In this document: one piece after another, positions 35,497-47,388 of the stretch
Numbering within the stretch: position 1 is the stretch's first letter
Layout of the letters: every line of letters starts with the position of its first letter
Made by a program: the position numbers and the translations under genes
DNA from: a candidate division FCPU426 bacterium
GTDB lineage: Bacteria; Oederibacteriota; Muellerivitia; Muellerivitales; Muellerivitaceae
Direction: 5' to 3'
DNA length: 64,000 bases
NCBI GenBank assembly: GCA_963796105.1
Contig: CAWCKJ010000010.1
Location: forward strand, 39,620 to 103,619
The notes under the pieces: model-generated
Seen by the model: the letters and a program-made list of their open reading frames with translations, nothing else
Told to the model about the DNA's origin: nothing
Databases searched by the model: none

Positions 35497-37386
35497 ATGT
35501 GCGGAATAGCTGGGTTCGTTCAATTTAAAGCCGGAATGCCGCTCCAAAAGCATAACCTGGAGGAAATGACAGAAACCATCGCCCATCGGGGTCCGGATGA
35601 AAGAGGATTTTTCCAAAAGGGGCCAGTGGGATTGGGAATGACCCGTTTATCCATCGTTGACGTCAAGGGAGGAAGCCAGCCCATCTCCAATGAGCGGGGA
35701 ACGGTCCATGTGGTCTTCAACGGGGAAATCTACAACCATCTTGAATTGCGGGAGCCGTTGGAAAAAGCCGGGCACCGCTTCACCACCCGGAGCGATACCG
35801 AGGTTTTGGTGCATGCCTACGAGGAATACGGGGACGCTTTTATCGGGAAACTCCGGGGGATGTTCGCCTTCGCCCTTTGGGACGAGACTTTTCAAAAACT
35901 GATCCTGGCCCGGGACCATATGGGCGTCAAACCCCTTTATTACACGACCGCCGATGGGTCGCTTCTTTTCGGCTCTGAAATCAAGGTCCTCCTCGCGGCG
36001 CCGAAAGTCAAAAGCCAGGTGGACGCCAAGCAAATCCTGACCCTCATGACGCTCCAATATGTCCCGTCCCCTGATACGCTCATCAAAGGAATCCGCAAAA
36101 TTCCCGCCGCGCATTACCTCATCTGCCAATCGGGACGAATCCTGGTTCGGCCGTTCTGGGAGCTGCCGCGGGTGGACAAGGCGAGCGGGGGATTGGTCAT
36201 CACCCGGGACCAGCAGAAGGAGTGGATCGAGAAACTGCAAACCATGTTGTTCGCTTCCGTCAAGGAGCAGCTCATGGCAGACGTCCCCTTGGGGGCTTTC
36301 CTCTCGGGAGGGGTGGATTCCTCCCTGGTGGTGGCCGCCATGACCCATCAGACAAGGCAGCCCGTCAAGACCTATTCGGTTGGTTTTGAGAAGCAGGAGA
36401 ATTTCAACGAGCTGAAATATTCCCAGAAGGTTTCCAAGTTTTTAAAAAGCCAGCACAGGGAAATCCTGGTGGACGCCCAAATGATGAACGAGCTCATCCC
36501 GAAGCTGGTGAAGTACCAGGATGACCCGGTCATTGATCCGGCGGTCTTGCCGACTTTCCTGGTATCCATGTTCGCCCGGCAGGAGGTGAAAGTGGTCCTG
36601 ACAGGGGAGGGAGCCGATGAGCTTTTCGGGGGTTACCGCAGGTATTCTTTCGACCGGTTGTCCTCCAACGTCAGGGCCCTGCCGGGGTGGCTGAAAGGTC
36701 TTGTGCCTTTTTTGACTGGAAGGATGAAGGATCCCTATAAACAGGCCTGGCAGGCGCTTCAAAAAGAGGATTTGGTGAAGAGGCATGTGGCCTGGTCCCG
36801 GCTTTGCCTGGAATCCACCCTGGATGAGCTCGCGGGGGAAAAGCTTAAATATGAAATGGAACATTCCAAAGTAGAGGAAACCCTCGAGAAAATCTTCGGG
36901 ACGGCCGAGCCTTACGGATTCGACAACCTCAACCTGATGCTATTCATGGATTTAAAAACCTGGCTTCCGGATGACCTTTTGAACAAGGTGGACCGCATGA
37001 GCATGGCGGCTTCCCTGGAGGCGAGGGTTCCTTACCTGGATCACAGGTTGGCCGAGTTCGCCTTTACCCTGCCCTCTGAGGTAAAACTGAAGGGGGGGGT
37101 GGGAAAATACTTATTGAAAAAAGCGGCTAATAAATACCTCCCCCGGGACATTATTTACCGCCAGAAGAAAGGCTTCGCCGTTCCACTTGGGCCGTGGTTT
37201 AGAAAAGAGTTGAAACCCCTTTTAGTGGATACTTTTCATTCGGAAAAATTCCAGAAAAGGGGGTATTTCGACCTGGCTAAAACCGAGGTTCTGCTTCAGG
37301 AGCACTTGGAAGGGAAGAAGGATCACCATTTACTATTATATGGCCTGCTTTTAGTTGAATTGTGGCATAAGCGATTTATTGATTAG
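35497..37386 (+). CDS. asnB: asparagine synthase (glutamine-hydrolysing)
   Basis: N-terminal MCGIAGFV Ntn-amidotransferase Cys. SGGVDSS PP-loop ATP pyrophosphatase motif. 629 aa. Confidence 0.9.
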   Translation: MCGIAGFVQFKAGMPLQKHNLEEMTETIAHRGPDERGFFQKGPVGLGMTRLSIVDVKGGSQPISNERGTVHVVFNGEIYNHLELREPLEKAGHRFTTRSDTEVLVHAYEEYGDAFIGKLRGMFAFALWDETFQKLILARDHMGVKPLYYTTADGSLLFGSEIKVLLAAPKVKSQVDAKQILTLMTLQYVPSPDTLIKGIRKIPAAHYLICQSGRILVRPFWELPRVDKASGGLVITRDQQKEWIEKLQTMLFASVKEQLMADVPLGAFLSGGVDSSLVVAAMTHQTRQPVKTYSVGFEKQENFNELKYSQKVSKFLKSQHREILVDAQMMNELIPKLVKYQDDPVIDPAVLPTFLVSMFARQEVKVVLTGEGADELFGGYRRYSFDRLSSNVRALPGWLKGLVPFLTGRMKDPYKQAWQALQKEDLVKRHVAWSRLCLESTLDELAGEKLKYEMEHSKVEETLEKIFGTAEPYGFDNLNLMLFMDLKTWLPDDLLNKVDRMSMAASLEARVPYLDHRLAEFAFTLPSEVKLKGGVGKYLLKKAANKYLPRDIIYRQKKGFAVPLGPWFRKELKPLLVDTFHSEKFQKRGYFDLAKTEVLLQEHLEGKKDHHLLLYGLLLVELWHKRFID

Positions 37387-37665
37387 TGGTTATTGGCTTA
37401 ACTTTCCTTAGCTTTACTCAAAGTTTCTAATAACACCCTGATTTATTGAATATTTTAACCTTTTTCACAACCCCGCCTAAAAAATTCGAAGAAAAGCTTA
37501 AAAAGGCTTTATTTTGAAAGCTATATTATTTTCTCAAAGAAATGACTCAGGAGTTTGCTCCATTGTTTGACGGATCTAATTCTTTCGGTTAAAATAACCC
37601 CCTTTTTGCGTGACCTCAGAAAAGAATAATTATAATGACAAACAACTGCATTAGGAGTTTTTTTA

Positions 37666-38223
37666 ATGATTAGCGTGAACGATCTCAGGTCTGGGAATCT
37701 TTGTGAATTCGATGGAACGCTTTATAGGGTCGTGAACTATCAACACGTAAAGCCGGGCAAGGGCGGGGGATTTGTCCGTCTTAAACTGAAAAATGTGGAG
37801 TTAGGGACTGTTACTGATAAAACCTTGGATAGTTGGGAAAAAGTACCGGAACCTCCAGTTGAAGAAAAGGAAATGCAATACTTGTATAAGCAGGGAGACA
37901 AATTTGTCTTCATGGACACTGGAACTTATGAGCAACTTGAGTTAACCGACGATGAGGTTGGTGAGGGAGCCCAATGGTTGAAAGAAGAAACCTCAATTGA
38001 AGTTCTTTTTTACAATGGCCGCCCCATCAGCGTGAAATTGCCCATCACGATCAACCTAAAAATCATTTCCTCCGAGCCCGGAATTAAAGGAGACAGGGTC
38101 TCCGGGGCCAGTAAGCCCGCCACTTTGGAAAGCGGAGCCACCATCCAGGTTCCCCTTTTTGTCAATGAAGGAGACGTCATTAAAGTCGATACTCGAACAG
38201 GGGAATATCTGGAGCGGGTTTAA
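37666..38223 (+). CDS. efp: elongation factor P
   Basis: Typical EF-P sequence (ISVNDLRSGN...KPGKGGGFVRLKLKNVELG). 185 aa. Confidence 0.95.
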   Translation: MISVNDLRSGNLCEFDGTLYRVVNYQHVKPGKGGGFVRLKLKNVELGTVTDKTLDSWEKVPEPPVEEKEMQYLYKQGDKFVFMDTGTYEQLELTDDEVGEGAQWLKEETSIEVLFYNGRPISVKLPITINLKIISSEPGIKGDRVSGASKPATLESGATIQVPLFVNEGDVIKVDTRTGEYLERV

Positions 38224-38234
38224 ACCCTTAACGT

Positions 38235-38834
38235 TTGAAGGCTGTGTCGTTGAATGGAAAGGAGCGTTATATGCCGACAGTTTCTGAAAATGAAGAAAGC
38301 CCCAAACCGGAAAAAAAGAAAAAAAGCTCCGGCTCGTCCAAAAGAATCAAAGTTAACCCCAAGCTTACAATTGTCCAGGATGTCATCCAGCTCATGAATG
38401 AGGCGCAGGTTAATGAACTGCATTTTGAGCAAGGAGGAGTCAAAATCCATCTCCGCAAGGGAAATGGGCCCTCATTTGAAACCTTCAAGGTGGACGGAAC
38501 AGGAGCCACTGGTCAACCCTCTGAGACCAATACAGCGTTGGATCAGCAGCTTCCGGGCCAAGCCGGATCCCCGCAAGCCCAGAAAACGGATTCGACCATG
38601 ACGATCAAATCACCTATGGTTGGAACTTTTTACCGCTCCTCCGCCCCCGAAGCCAAGGCTTTTATAGAGGAAGGCGACAAGATCGAAGTGGGGCAGGTTT
38701 ATTGCATTATCGAGGCCATGAAACTCATGAATGAGGTAAAAGCCGAAATGGCTGGAAAAGTCGTCAAAATACTCGCCCAAAATGGGCAGGCTGTTGAGTT
38801 CAACCAGCCGCTTATCAACATTGATCCCAGCTAA
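38235..38834 (+). CDS. accB: acetyl-CoA carboxylase biotin carboxyl carrier protein
   Basis: Ala/Pro-rich linker and biotinyl domain with the EAMKLMNE biotin-attachment motif. Alternative start ATG at 38271. Confidence 0.9.
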   Translation: MKAVSLNGKERYMPTVSENEESPKPEKKKKSSGSSKRIKVNPKLTIVQDVIQLMNEAQVNELHFEQGGVKIHLRKGNGPSFETFKVDGTGATGQPSETNTALDQQLPGQAGSPQAQKTDSTMTIKSPMVGTFYRSSAPEAKAFIEEGDKIEVGQVYCIIEAMKLMNEVKAEMAGKVVKILAQNGQAVEFNQPLINIDPS

Positions 38835-38900
38835 CTTAAGTTTGATCCATCGGGCTTTTGTGAGTTTCCCGATTCGACAATTCGTTTCAAAGGAATATCC

Positions 38901-40271
38901 GTGTTTAACAAGATATTAATCGCAAACCGAGGGGAAATCGCTCTTCGGATCATCCGCGCTTGCAAAGAAATGGGAATCAAGACCGTTTCTGTCCATTCGG
39001 AACCTGACGCCGATTCCCTGCATGTTCACCTGGCCGATGAAAGCGTTTGTATCGGCCGGGGTCCCAGCCGGGAAAGCTACCTTAACATCCCTGCGTTAAT
39101 CAGCGCCGCTGAAATAACCGATGCCGAAGCCATTCATCCGGGATATGGTTTTCTTTCGGAGAATGCGCACTTCGCGGAAGTATGCGCCAGCTGCCAGATT
39201 AAATTCATCGGGCCGAAACCCGAAGTCATGCGCCTCATGGGCGATAAAGTAGCCGCCATTAAAACGGCGAAAAAGGCCGGGATTCCTACGACGCCTGGTA
39301 GCGACGGAGCGGTAAAGGACGAGAAGCAAGCCTTGGAAATCGCCCGCCTCATCAAATATCCGGTCATTATCAAGGCTGCCGCGGGAGGCGGGGGAAAGGG
39401 CATGAGAATCGCACACACTGATCTTTCCCTGGCCCAGGGTTTCCAAACAGCTAGAACCGAGGCTGAAGCGGCATTTGGAAACCCCGATGTTTACATTGAA
39501 AAATATGTTGAAGAGCCCCGCCACATCGAGGTCCAAATATTGGGGGATGAATTCGGTCACATCATCCATCTGGGAGAAAGGGATTGCACCATCCAAAGAT
39601 CGCATCAGAAATTAATTGAAGAGGCCCCTTCTCCTGTCATCAACGCGCGTCAAAGGAAAAAATTAGGGAAGTTAGCCCTGAAATTAGCCAAGCATGTTAA
39701 TTATTCCTCCGCTGGCACGATTGAGTTTTTGATGGACAAAGAGGGCCATTTTTATTTCATGGAAATGAATACCCGGGTCCAAGTGGAGCACCCCGTGACT
39801 GAGTTGATCATGGGAGTTGACCTGATCCAGGAGCAAATCCGGATTGCCTCCGGCGAAAGACTTTCAGTCGATAAGGATGTTCTCCAACCCAGGGGTCACG
39901 CGATCGAGTGCCGCATCAACGCCGAAAATCCGGAGGACGGATTTAAACCCTCTCCGGGAACGATTACAACTTTCCACATGCCCGGAGGCCCAGGGGTCCG
40001 GGTCGACACGCACCTGTACCAGGGGTATAAAGTTCCGCCGTTTTATGATTCCATGCTGGGAAAACTGATCGTTCACGCACCGACCCGATCCGAAGCCATA
40101 CGGAGGATGATGCGGGTCCTGGATGAATTGGTAGTCGAGGGAATTCACACAACCAGTGGATTTCTTAAAAAAATCCTGGAAAGCGAGACATTTAGGCGAG
40201 GGGACTATTCCACGCATTTTGTTGAGAAATTCTTGAAAAATATTAGGGGAGAAGAAAGTTCGAAAAAATAG
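38901..40271 (+). CDS. accC: acetyl-CoA carboxylase biotin carboxylase subunit
   Basis: [27 protein letters not shown]-terminus. ATP-grasp and biotin carboxylase C-domain motifs. efp-accB-accC synteny. Confidence 0.95.
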   Translation: MFNKILIANRGEIALRIIRACKEMGIKTVSVHSEPDADSLHVHLADESVCIGRGPSRESYLNIPALISAAEITDAEAIHPGYGFLSENAHFAEVCASCQIKFIGPKPEVMRLMGDKVAAIKTAKKAGIPTTPGSDGAVKDEKQALEIARLIKYPVIIKAAAGGGGKGMRIAHTDLSLAQGFQTARTEAEAAFGNPDVYIEKYVEEPRHIEVQILGDEFGHIIHLGERDCTIQRSHQKLIEEAPSPVINARQRKKLGKLALKLAKHVNYSSAGTIEFLMDKEGHFYFMEMNTRVQVEHPVTELIMGVDLIQEQIRIASGERLSVDKDVLQPRGHAIECRINAENPEDGFKPSPGTITTFHMPGGPGVRVDTHLYQGYKVPPFYDSMLGKLIVHAPTRSEAIRRMMRVLDELVVEGIHTTSGFLKKILESETFRRGDYSTHFVEKFLKNIRGEESSKK

Positions 40272-40332
40272 TTTGTCGCGTTGAGCTGGGGAAATCAAAC
40301 CAACCGATTTATCGCGAAATGGAGATTCAGAA

Positions 40333-41388
40333 TTGAAAATAACAGTTTATTTTGATCCGAAAGATGTCAAGACGTCAGTTGCCCAAAATGCCACCGTGGT
40401 TTTGGCGGATGTCCTGAGAGTCTCAACGACAATCCCGGTATATCTTTACCATGGTGCAAAAGGGGTCGTTTTATGCCAAGACCCCGGGTCAGCAAAAAAA
40501 CAGTTTGAAAAATTAAAGAGGGGCGAGGGCCTTTTAGCCGGGGAAAGGGATTGGGAAAAAATCCCGGGCTTTCATATGGGCGGGTCTCCCCTGGAATCCA
40601 CCCGCGATAAAGTCAAAAATCGGATTGTATGTATGAGCTCCTTCACCCCCCTGCGGTTACTTCAGGAGGCCAAACATTTGGTATTGGGCTCATTCGTGAA
40701 TTTGACAGATGTTTATGATTCCTGTTTGCGGGCAAAACGTGATGTGGTGATCGTGTGCGCGGGCGGACCGGAAGATTCCGCCTTTGCTGGAATGCTGGTT
40801 GATTTTCTCCAAAGCACCTTAGGAGGAACACCTGTGGTTTTGGCCAAGAGCGCGAAAGACACAATTAGCTTATATAAGCCATGGCAAGGGAGATTATGGG
40901 AATTGTTAAATTCAACGCCGGATGGGAAAGGGTTGACGCTCAAGGGGTTCGCGAAAGACCTGGATTTTTGCTCGAGGTTAAACAGGATTTCAGCCGTGCC
41001 TTTATTTCAAGGCAATTTTTTTATTAAGGAAGACGCTCCGAAACCGAAAAAAACCATGGAGGCGGATGGAAAGCCTAAACCCACTTCAGCGTCTCCAAAA
41101 AAGGGAAAATCAATCAAGGTCATGGTTCCTTTGTTCCCTAAAAATCCCGAACACCCTGTTCCGGGCATCGATAAGGCCGGAGGCAAGAAGGGGCAAAATC
41201 CGGCGGATGCTAAGAAAAAAGATCAGGCCTTTTCGAAAAAGGCCCCCCTGAAGACTATAGAAAACAATCAAAAGGCCAAAAAGGCAAATGGAAAGTCGGT
41301 TCCTTTGTTCACTAAAAAATCAACGGCTACAACCGCGAAAAAAATTTCCGCCAAGCCGGTCATTAAAACCCATGGGAAGAAAAAATAG
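40333..41388 (+). CDS. ComB-family 2-phosphosulfolactate phosphatase-like protein with ~130-aa lysine-rich C-terminal tail
   Basis: The N-terminal 220 aa align well to ComB/YitC (VVLADVLRVSTT, YLYHGAKGV, LAGER, GFHMGGSPLEST). The C-terminus is low-complexity K/P/A-rich with the repeated segment VPLFPKNPE / VPLFTKKST. Confidence 0.7.
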   Translation: MKITVYFDPKDVKTSVAQNATVVLADVLRVSTTIPVYLYHGAKGVVLCQDPGSAKKQFEKLKRGEGLLAGERDWEKIPGFHMGGSPLESTRDKVKNRIVCMSSFTPLRLLQEAKHLVLGSFVNLTDVYDSCLRAKRDVVIVCAGGPEDSAFAGMLVDFLQSTLGGTPVVLAKSAKDTISLYKPWQGRLWELLNSTPDGKGLTLKGFAKDLDFCSRLNRISAVPLFQGNFFIKEDAPKPKKTMEADGKPKPTSASPKKGKSIKVMVPLFPKNPEHPVPGIDKAGGKKGQNPADAKKKDQAFSKKAPLKTIENNQKAKKANGKSVPLFTKKSTATTAKKISAKPVIKTHGKKK

Positions 41389-41391
41389 TAT

Positions 41392-41832
41392 TTGGGTTTG
41401 GGGGAGTCTGTGAAATCTTTCAATCGCCCCGTTCTCATGTTGAGAGCTTTGGACGCGAATTGCAATCGTGTTCGGGAAGGTTTAAGGGTTGCGGAAGATG
41501 TGGCCCGGTTTATCCTGAATGATTCCCGCCTTATTTCCCAATTGAAAAAACTCAGGCATGAAGTAACCGCAGTGGAGAAAACTCTTTTTATTTCAAATAG
41601 GATCAGGATCGAGGCTCGAAATGTTAAGGAGGATTTGGGCCGTAAAAATCACCTTGAGACCGAGAAGACCCGCGCTAATCTTAAAGACCTCTTGACGGCG
41701 AACTTGAAGCGCTCCCAAGAGGGCCTTCGGTCGCTTGAGGAATTTTCGAAAGCATTAGGGCATCCTTCCGCGTTAAAATTCAAAAAAATCCGTTATGCGT
41801 GTTACCAAATCGAAGAGTCTCTCCCCAGTTAA
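41392..41832 (+). CDS. hypothetical protein (predicted all-helical, coiled-coil)
   Basis: 146-aa ORF starting 4 nt after the ComB-like stop. No motif recognised. Confidence 0.4.
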   Translation: MGLGESVKSFNRPVLMLRALDANCNRVREGLRVAEDVARFILNDSRLISQLKKLRHEVTAVEKTLFISNRIRIEARNVKEDLGRKNHLETEKTRANLKDLLTANLKRSQEGLRSLEEFSKALGHPSALKFKKIRYACYQIEESLPS

Positions 41833-41902
41833 ACTTCCTCAATGGCGTTGCATTCCATATTGCCCCTGGATATGCTAAAACTTGCCTGATTGTTCTGTGT
41901 GA

Positions 41903-43780
<1,878 letters not shown>

Positions 43781-43781
43781 T

Positions 43782-43820
43782 AAAAAAGGCCTCGCCGATT
43801 AAGGCAAAGCCTTTTTTTAT
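43782..43820. terminator. putative bidirectional intrinsic terminator between thiC (+) and ferredoxin (-)
   Basis: AAAAAAGGC ... GCCTTTTTTT are complementary arms flanked by A and T runs. The loop is large, so the structure is only moderately convincing. Confidence 0.45.
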
Positions 43821-43831
43821 TTTCTGAAAAA

Positions 43832-44206
43832 TTAATTAACGAGCTTGTTCACGTCCGGCCGTTTAGGAGGATCATTCGCAGGCCGGGTCGCGACGGGAGT
43901 GTTGTTTTTGAAAGAAGGGGCCAATTGGGCGTTGATTTTCGCGTATTCGGGATCTTTATCCGCTCCCTCTGCGATGGCGCCGATGGGGCAGGCCGAATAG
44001 CAGCTGGTACATTCCGTGCATTCTTCCGGATCAATCACCATAAAGGGTTGGCCTTTGTAATCACCGGGATGGATGCAATTCACGGGACACACGTCCACGC
44101 ATTGCGCGTAAACTTCTCCTAGGCACTTTTCAGTAATAACATACGGCATCGTTCGCCTCCTTGGGCATTCATCCTCTTCCGTTAAAGAGGGGTTAAAAAT
44201 TTTCAT
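43832..44206 (-). CDS. ferredoxin, 2x[4Fe-4S]-type (FdxA-like) with C-terminal extension
   Basis: CLGEVYAQCVDVCP and CTECTSCYSACP cysteine clusters. Confidence 0.8.
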   Translation of the reverse strand: MKIFNPSLTEEDECPRRRTMPYVITEKCLGEVYAQCVDVCPVNCIHPGDYKGQPFMVIDPEECTECTSCYSACPIGAIAEGADKDPEYAKINAQLAPSFKNNTPVATRPANDPPKRPDVNKLVN

Positions 44207-44485
44207 TCACCCACTAATCATAATCTTAAAGACGATTCTTATTGTGGGACGGCAAAACGTCGTTAGTTTAGAAGAGATACCCTTTCTTTCGCAAGACCAA
44301 TTTTAGCTTTTTTCATAACAATTCAGCCTTTACGACGGGTGACTGGGGATGGTAGGTTGAGGGAGTAAAAGTTGATTTCTGGCAAGGAAATCTTTGGAAA
44401 ACGTCTTTCGAAATTCTTGAAAGCTTACCTCGGCGATCTTAAATTTTCTCTATTAAATCAGCAGAGGTAAGCGATAAAGGAAAAC

Positions 44486-45646
44486 ATGGCTTCGAAAAAA
44501 GATTTTTATGAATTATTGGGCGTTTCGCGCGATGCCAAATCGGATGATATCAAGAAAGCTTATAGAACCATGGCTAAGAAATACCATCCCGACGCTAATC
44601 CAAATAACAAAGAGGCGGAGGAGAAGTTCAAGGAAATCAACGAGGCTTACGAGATTTTGTCGGATCCGCAAAAAAAATCAGCTTATGACCAATTTGGCCA
44701 TGTTGGGGTTGGATCAGGCGGTTTTTCCGGGGGATACGGAGGGGGTTTTCGACCACAGGATTTCGGAAATGCGGCTGATTTCGAAGATATTTTTGGCGAT
44801 GTGTTCAGCAATTTCTTCGGCGGGGGAGGGAGAACCCGCTCCGGAAGGCATCAAAGCCAAGCCCAAGAGGGCGAAGACCTCCGGCATGATATGGAATTGA
44901 CTTTTGAAGAGGCGGCTTTTGGAACCACCCGTGAAGTTAAAATTCGCAAACTGACAACCTGTGAAACTTGCCATGGCTCGGGAGCTAAGGCTGGCTCAGG
45001 GCGCGTGGTTTGCGCAACTTGCAAAGGGACAGGCCAGGTTCGTCAATCCCAGGGGTTTTTTACCATCGCTAGAACTTGTAGCCGCTGCAAAGGGCAAGGA
45101 GAAATGCCAGGCACTCCCTGCCCGACCTGCCAAGGCCATGGCCGCCTGGAAAAAGACCGAATAGTTTCCGTGAAAGTTCCGGCGGGGGTGGATGAGGGTT
45201 CCCGTCTAAGGCTTCGCGGCGAGGGCGAAGCAGGCCTCAACGGCGGTCCCGCGGGGGATCTTTATATATTCCTCCATGTTGAAGCCCATGATTTCTTTGA
45301 AAGGGATGGAAGCGATCTCCATTGCGAGATTCCCATTACATTTATTCAAGCGGCCCTAGGTACAGAGATCGAAGTACCCACGTTGGAAGGACCGGTCAAG
45401 ATGAAAATTCCCGATGGGACACAATCAGGAAAGATATTTCGTTTGAAAGAAAAAGGGATGAAAAACCCTCAGGAGTCAGGCTTGGGAGATCTGTATGTGA
45501 AGGTGATGGTTGAGGTGCCGACGGATCTCAATTTTAAGCAAAGGAAGCTTTTGGAGGAATTTGAGGCTCTTTCCAACGAAACGAATACTCCCCTTCTCAA
45601 AAGTTTCATGAATAAAATGAAAATTTTTTTTGAACGAAAAAAATGA
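44486..45646 (+). CDS. dnaJ: molecular chaperone DnaJ
   Basis: J-domain with HPD (KKYHPDAN). Gly/Phe-rich region. Four CxxCxGxG zinc-finger repeats. C-terminal substrate-binding domain. Confidence 0.95.
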   Translation: MASKKDFYELLGVSRDAKSDDIKKAYRTMAKKYHPDANPNNKEAEEKFKEINEAYEILSDPQKKSAYDQFGHVGVGSGGFSGGYGGGFRPQDFGNAADFEDIFGDVFSNFFGGGGRTRSGRHQSQAQEGEDLRHDMELTFEEAAFGTTREVKIRKLTTCETCHGSGAKAGSGRVVCATCKGTGQVRQSQGFFTIARTCSRCKGQGEMPGTPCPTCQGHGRLEKDRIVSVKVPAGVDEGSRLRLRGEGEAGLNGGPAGDLYIFLHVEAHDFFERDGSDLHCEIPITFIQAALGTEIEVPTLEGPVKMKIPDGTQSGKIFRLKEKGMKNPQESGLGDLYVKVMVEVPTDLNFKQRKLLEEFEALSNETNTPLLKSFMNKMKIFFERKK

Positions 45647-46416
45647 CCTTCGTTCCCCGATTGTATTTAACTTCTCCGCTTTCTTCATCCGATCCCTATA
45701 TTTTAGATTCCTCTTCTTCCAGATATTTAATCAGGATATTACGGATGAAGGAGGGTGGGCGTTTTATGGGTTTTGACGCAATAGGTTGTTTGTATGAGAT
45801 GGAGCTGACAAAAGCGGATTCAACCCAAGCTTTAGCGAAAGTCTTGAAAGTAAAAGAAAATAACTCAAGGCTTGACCAGTTTCAAATTTCATTGGGCCAA
45901 AGTCTTCCGAAAGCGGCCAAAATGGATTTGATCCTCCGCCAAGGCACTGAAGTTGGAATTCATCGGTTTATTCCAATAGTGACGGTAAGAAGCATATCAA
46001 GACCGCAAGAATTCCAATATGAACATAAAAAAGATAGATGGAAAAAAATTATTTTGGAGGCAACTAGACAATGCGGGAGGAAAGATATCCCGCAGTTAGA
46101 TGGAGTCACTGAATGGCAACAATGCTTGGAACTTATGAAAGAGTTTGACCAAGTATTGATTCCGTATGAAAAAGAGGCCCCGGCGTTAAAAACGGTGTTA
46201 GAATCAAAACCGGCCGCGCATAAAATCCTTGTTTTGGTTGGCCCTGAAGGCGGCTGGACGAGAGAAGAAGTCATTTCAGGTGAACAATATGGGGCGACTC
46301 CAGTTCATTTGCAAACGCCTATTCTTCGGACAGAAACAGCGGGAATTGTAATCGTTTCGATGATTCAATTTTTCAAGTCTACCTATGAGACGGGAAAAGA
46401 GCCGAATGAAAAATAA
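45643..46416 (+). CDS. rsmE: 16S rRNA (uracil1498-N3)-methyltransferase
   Basis: RsmE/SPOUT family. VLVGPEGGWTREEV motif. 257 aa. Start overlaps the dnaJ stop. Confidence 0.8.
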   Translation: MTFVPRLYLTSPLSSSDPYILDSSSSRYLIRILRMKEGGRFMGFDAIGCLYEMELTKADSTQALAKVLKVKENNSRLDQFQISLGQSLPKAAKMDLILRQGTEVGIHRFIPIVTVRSISRPQEFQYEHKKDRWKKIILEATRQCGRKDIPQLDGVTEWQQCLELMKEFDQVLIPYEKEAPALKTVLESKPAAHKILVLVGPEGGWTREEVISGEQYGATPVHLQTPILRTETAGIVIVSMIQFFKSTYETGKEPNEK

Positions 46417-47284
46417 TCGTTTACTCAAAAAGACCCCTAAGGACAGTTTAAGACAATTGGTTTTCATTTTTGGATGTCCTATAAAACATTCGCTATCGCC
46501 TTTGATGCATAACGCCGCTTTTGACCAATTAGGTCTTCCTTGGGTTTATATTCCATTGGAAATCTCAGCGGACCAATTGGGTGGCGCGGTCGGAATTCTT
46601 CGGTCATTCAACGCGAAAGGGGCCAATGTCACTGTGCCTTATAAAGAAGCGGTGATACCTTGGCTTGATTATATTGAGCCGGAAGCGAGATGGATGAAGT
46701 CAGTCAATACGATTTACCGCGTGGGTAATAAACTATGCGGAGAATCTACTGACGGCGAAGGTTTCTTAAGGTCGCTTGGGCCTTGGAGGCGAAAGTTGAA
46801 AAGATCAACAGGGCTTCTTTTAGGGGCTGGCGGAGCCGGGAAGGCAATATCGGGTGCGTTGTCTCAATCGGAAGTTAAAAGATATTATATATTTGACCAA
46901 TCGGAAGAAAAAACGAGTGCTCTTGTGAAATTGGTTCAAAAACGCAATAAGAGAATTGAGGTTGACGGAGTGTCCCGGCAAAACGCGGAGAAAGTTGTCT
47001 CTGATTGCGATTGGGTTATTCAAGCTACTTCTGCGGGGTTGAAAAAAGGGGATCCGTCTCCTTTGTCGCTAAAATTTGCACGGCCCACCACTTGGGTAGT
47101 GGACTTAATTTATCATCATCCGACTTCCTTTTTGATAGAAGCAAAAGAGAGACATTTAAAATCTTTAAACGGATTAGGAATGTTACTAAACCAAGGTGTT
47201 TTGTCCTTTCAACGCTGGACTGGCCAGAAGGCTCCCCTGAAATTTATGAAAAGAGCTTTATTGAGAGGATTAATGCTGACCTGA
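46385..47284 (+). CDS. aroE: shikimate dehydrogenase
   Basis: SxSPxMHN substrate motif (SLSPLMHNAAF), NVTVPYK, and a GAGGAGKA NADP-binding glycine loop. Confidence 0.85.
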   Translation: MRREKSRMKNNRLLKKTPKDSLRQLVFIFGCPIKHSLSPLMHNAAFDQLGLPWVYIPLEISADQLGGAVGILRSFNAKGANVTVPYKEAVIPWLDYIEPEARWMKSVNTIYRVGNKLCGESTDGEGFLRSLGPWRRKLKRSTGLLLGAGGAGKAISGALSQSEVKRYYIFDQSEEKTSALVKLVQKRNKRIEVDGVSRQNAEKVVSDCDWVIQATSAGLKKGDPSPLSLKFARPTTWVVDLIYHHPTSFLIEAKERHLKSLNGLGMLLNQGVLSFQRWTGQKAPLKFMKRALLRGLMLT

Positions 47285-47388
47285 AGACCATTATGGACAA
47301 GCGTTGACTTCAATTTTTCCCGATTCTATACTTCTTTCATTAGAGTCATTAATCCGAGTAAGAATTTCCTTCCTTTTCGAGGTAATGA

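Noticed and set aside
44207-44485. CIRCE (HrcA) operator upstream of dnaJ
   Set aside because: No TTAGCACTC-N9-GAGTGCTAA-like inverted repeat found in the leader.
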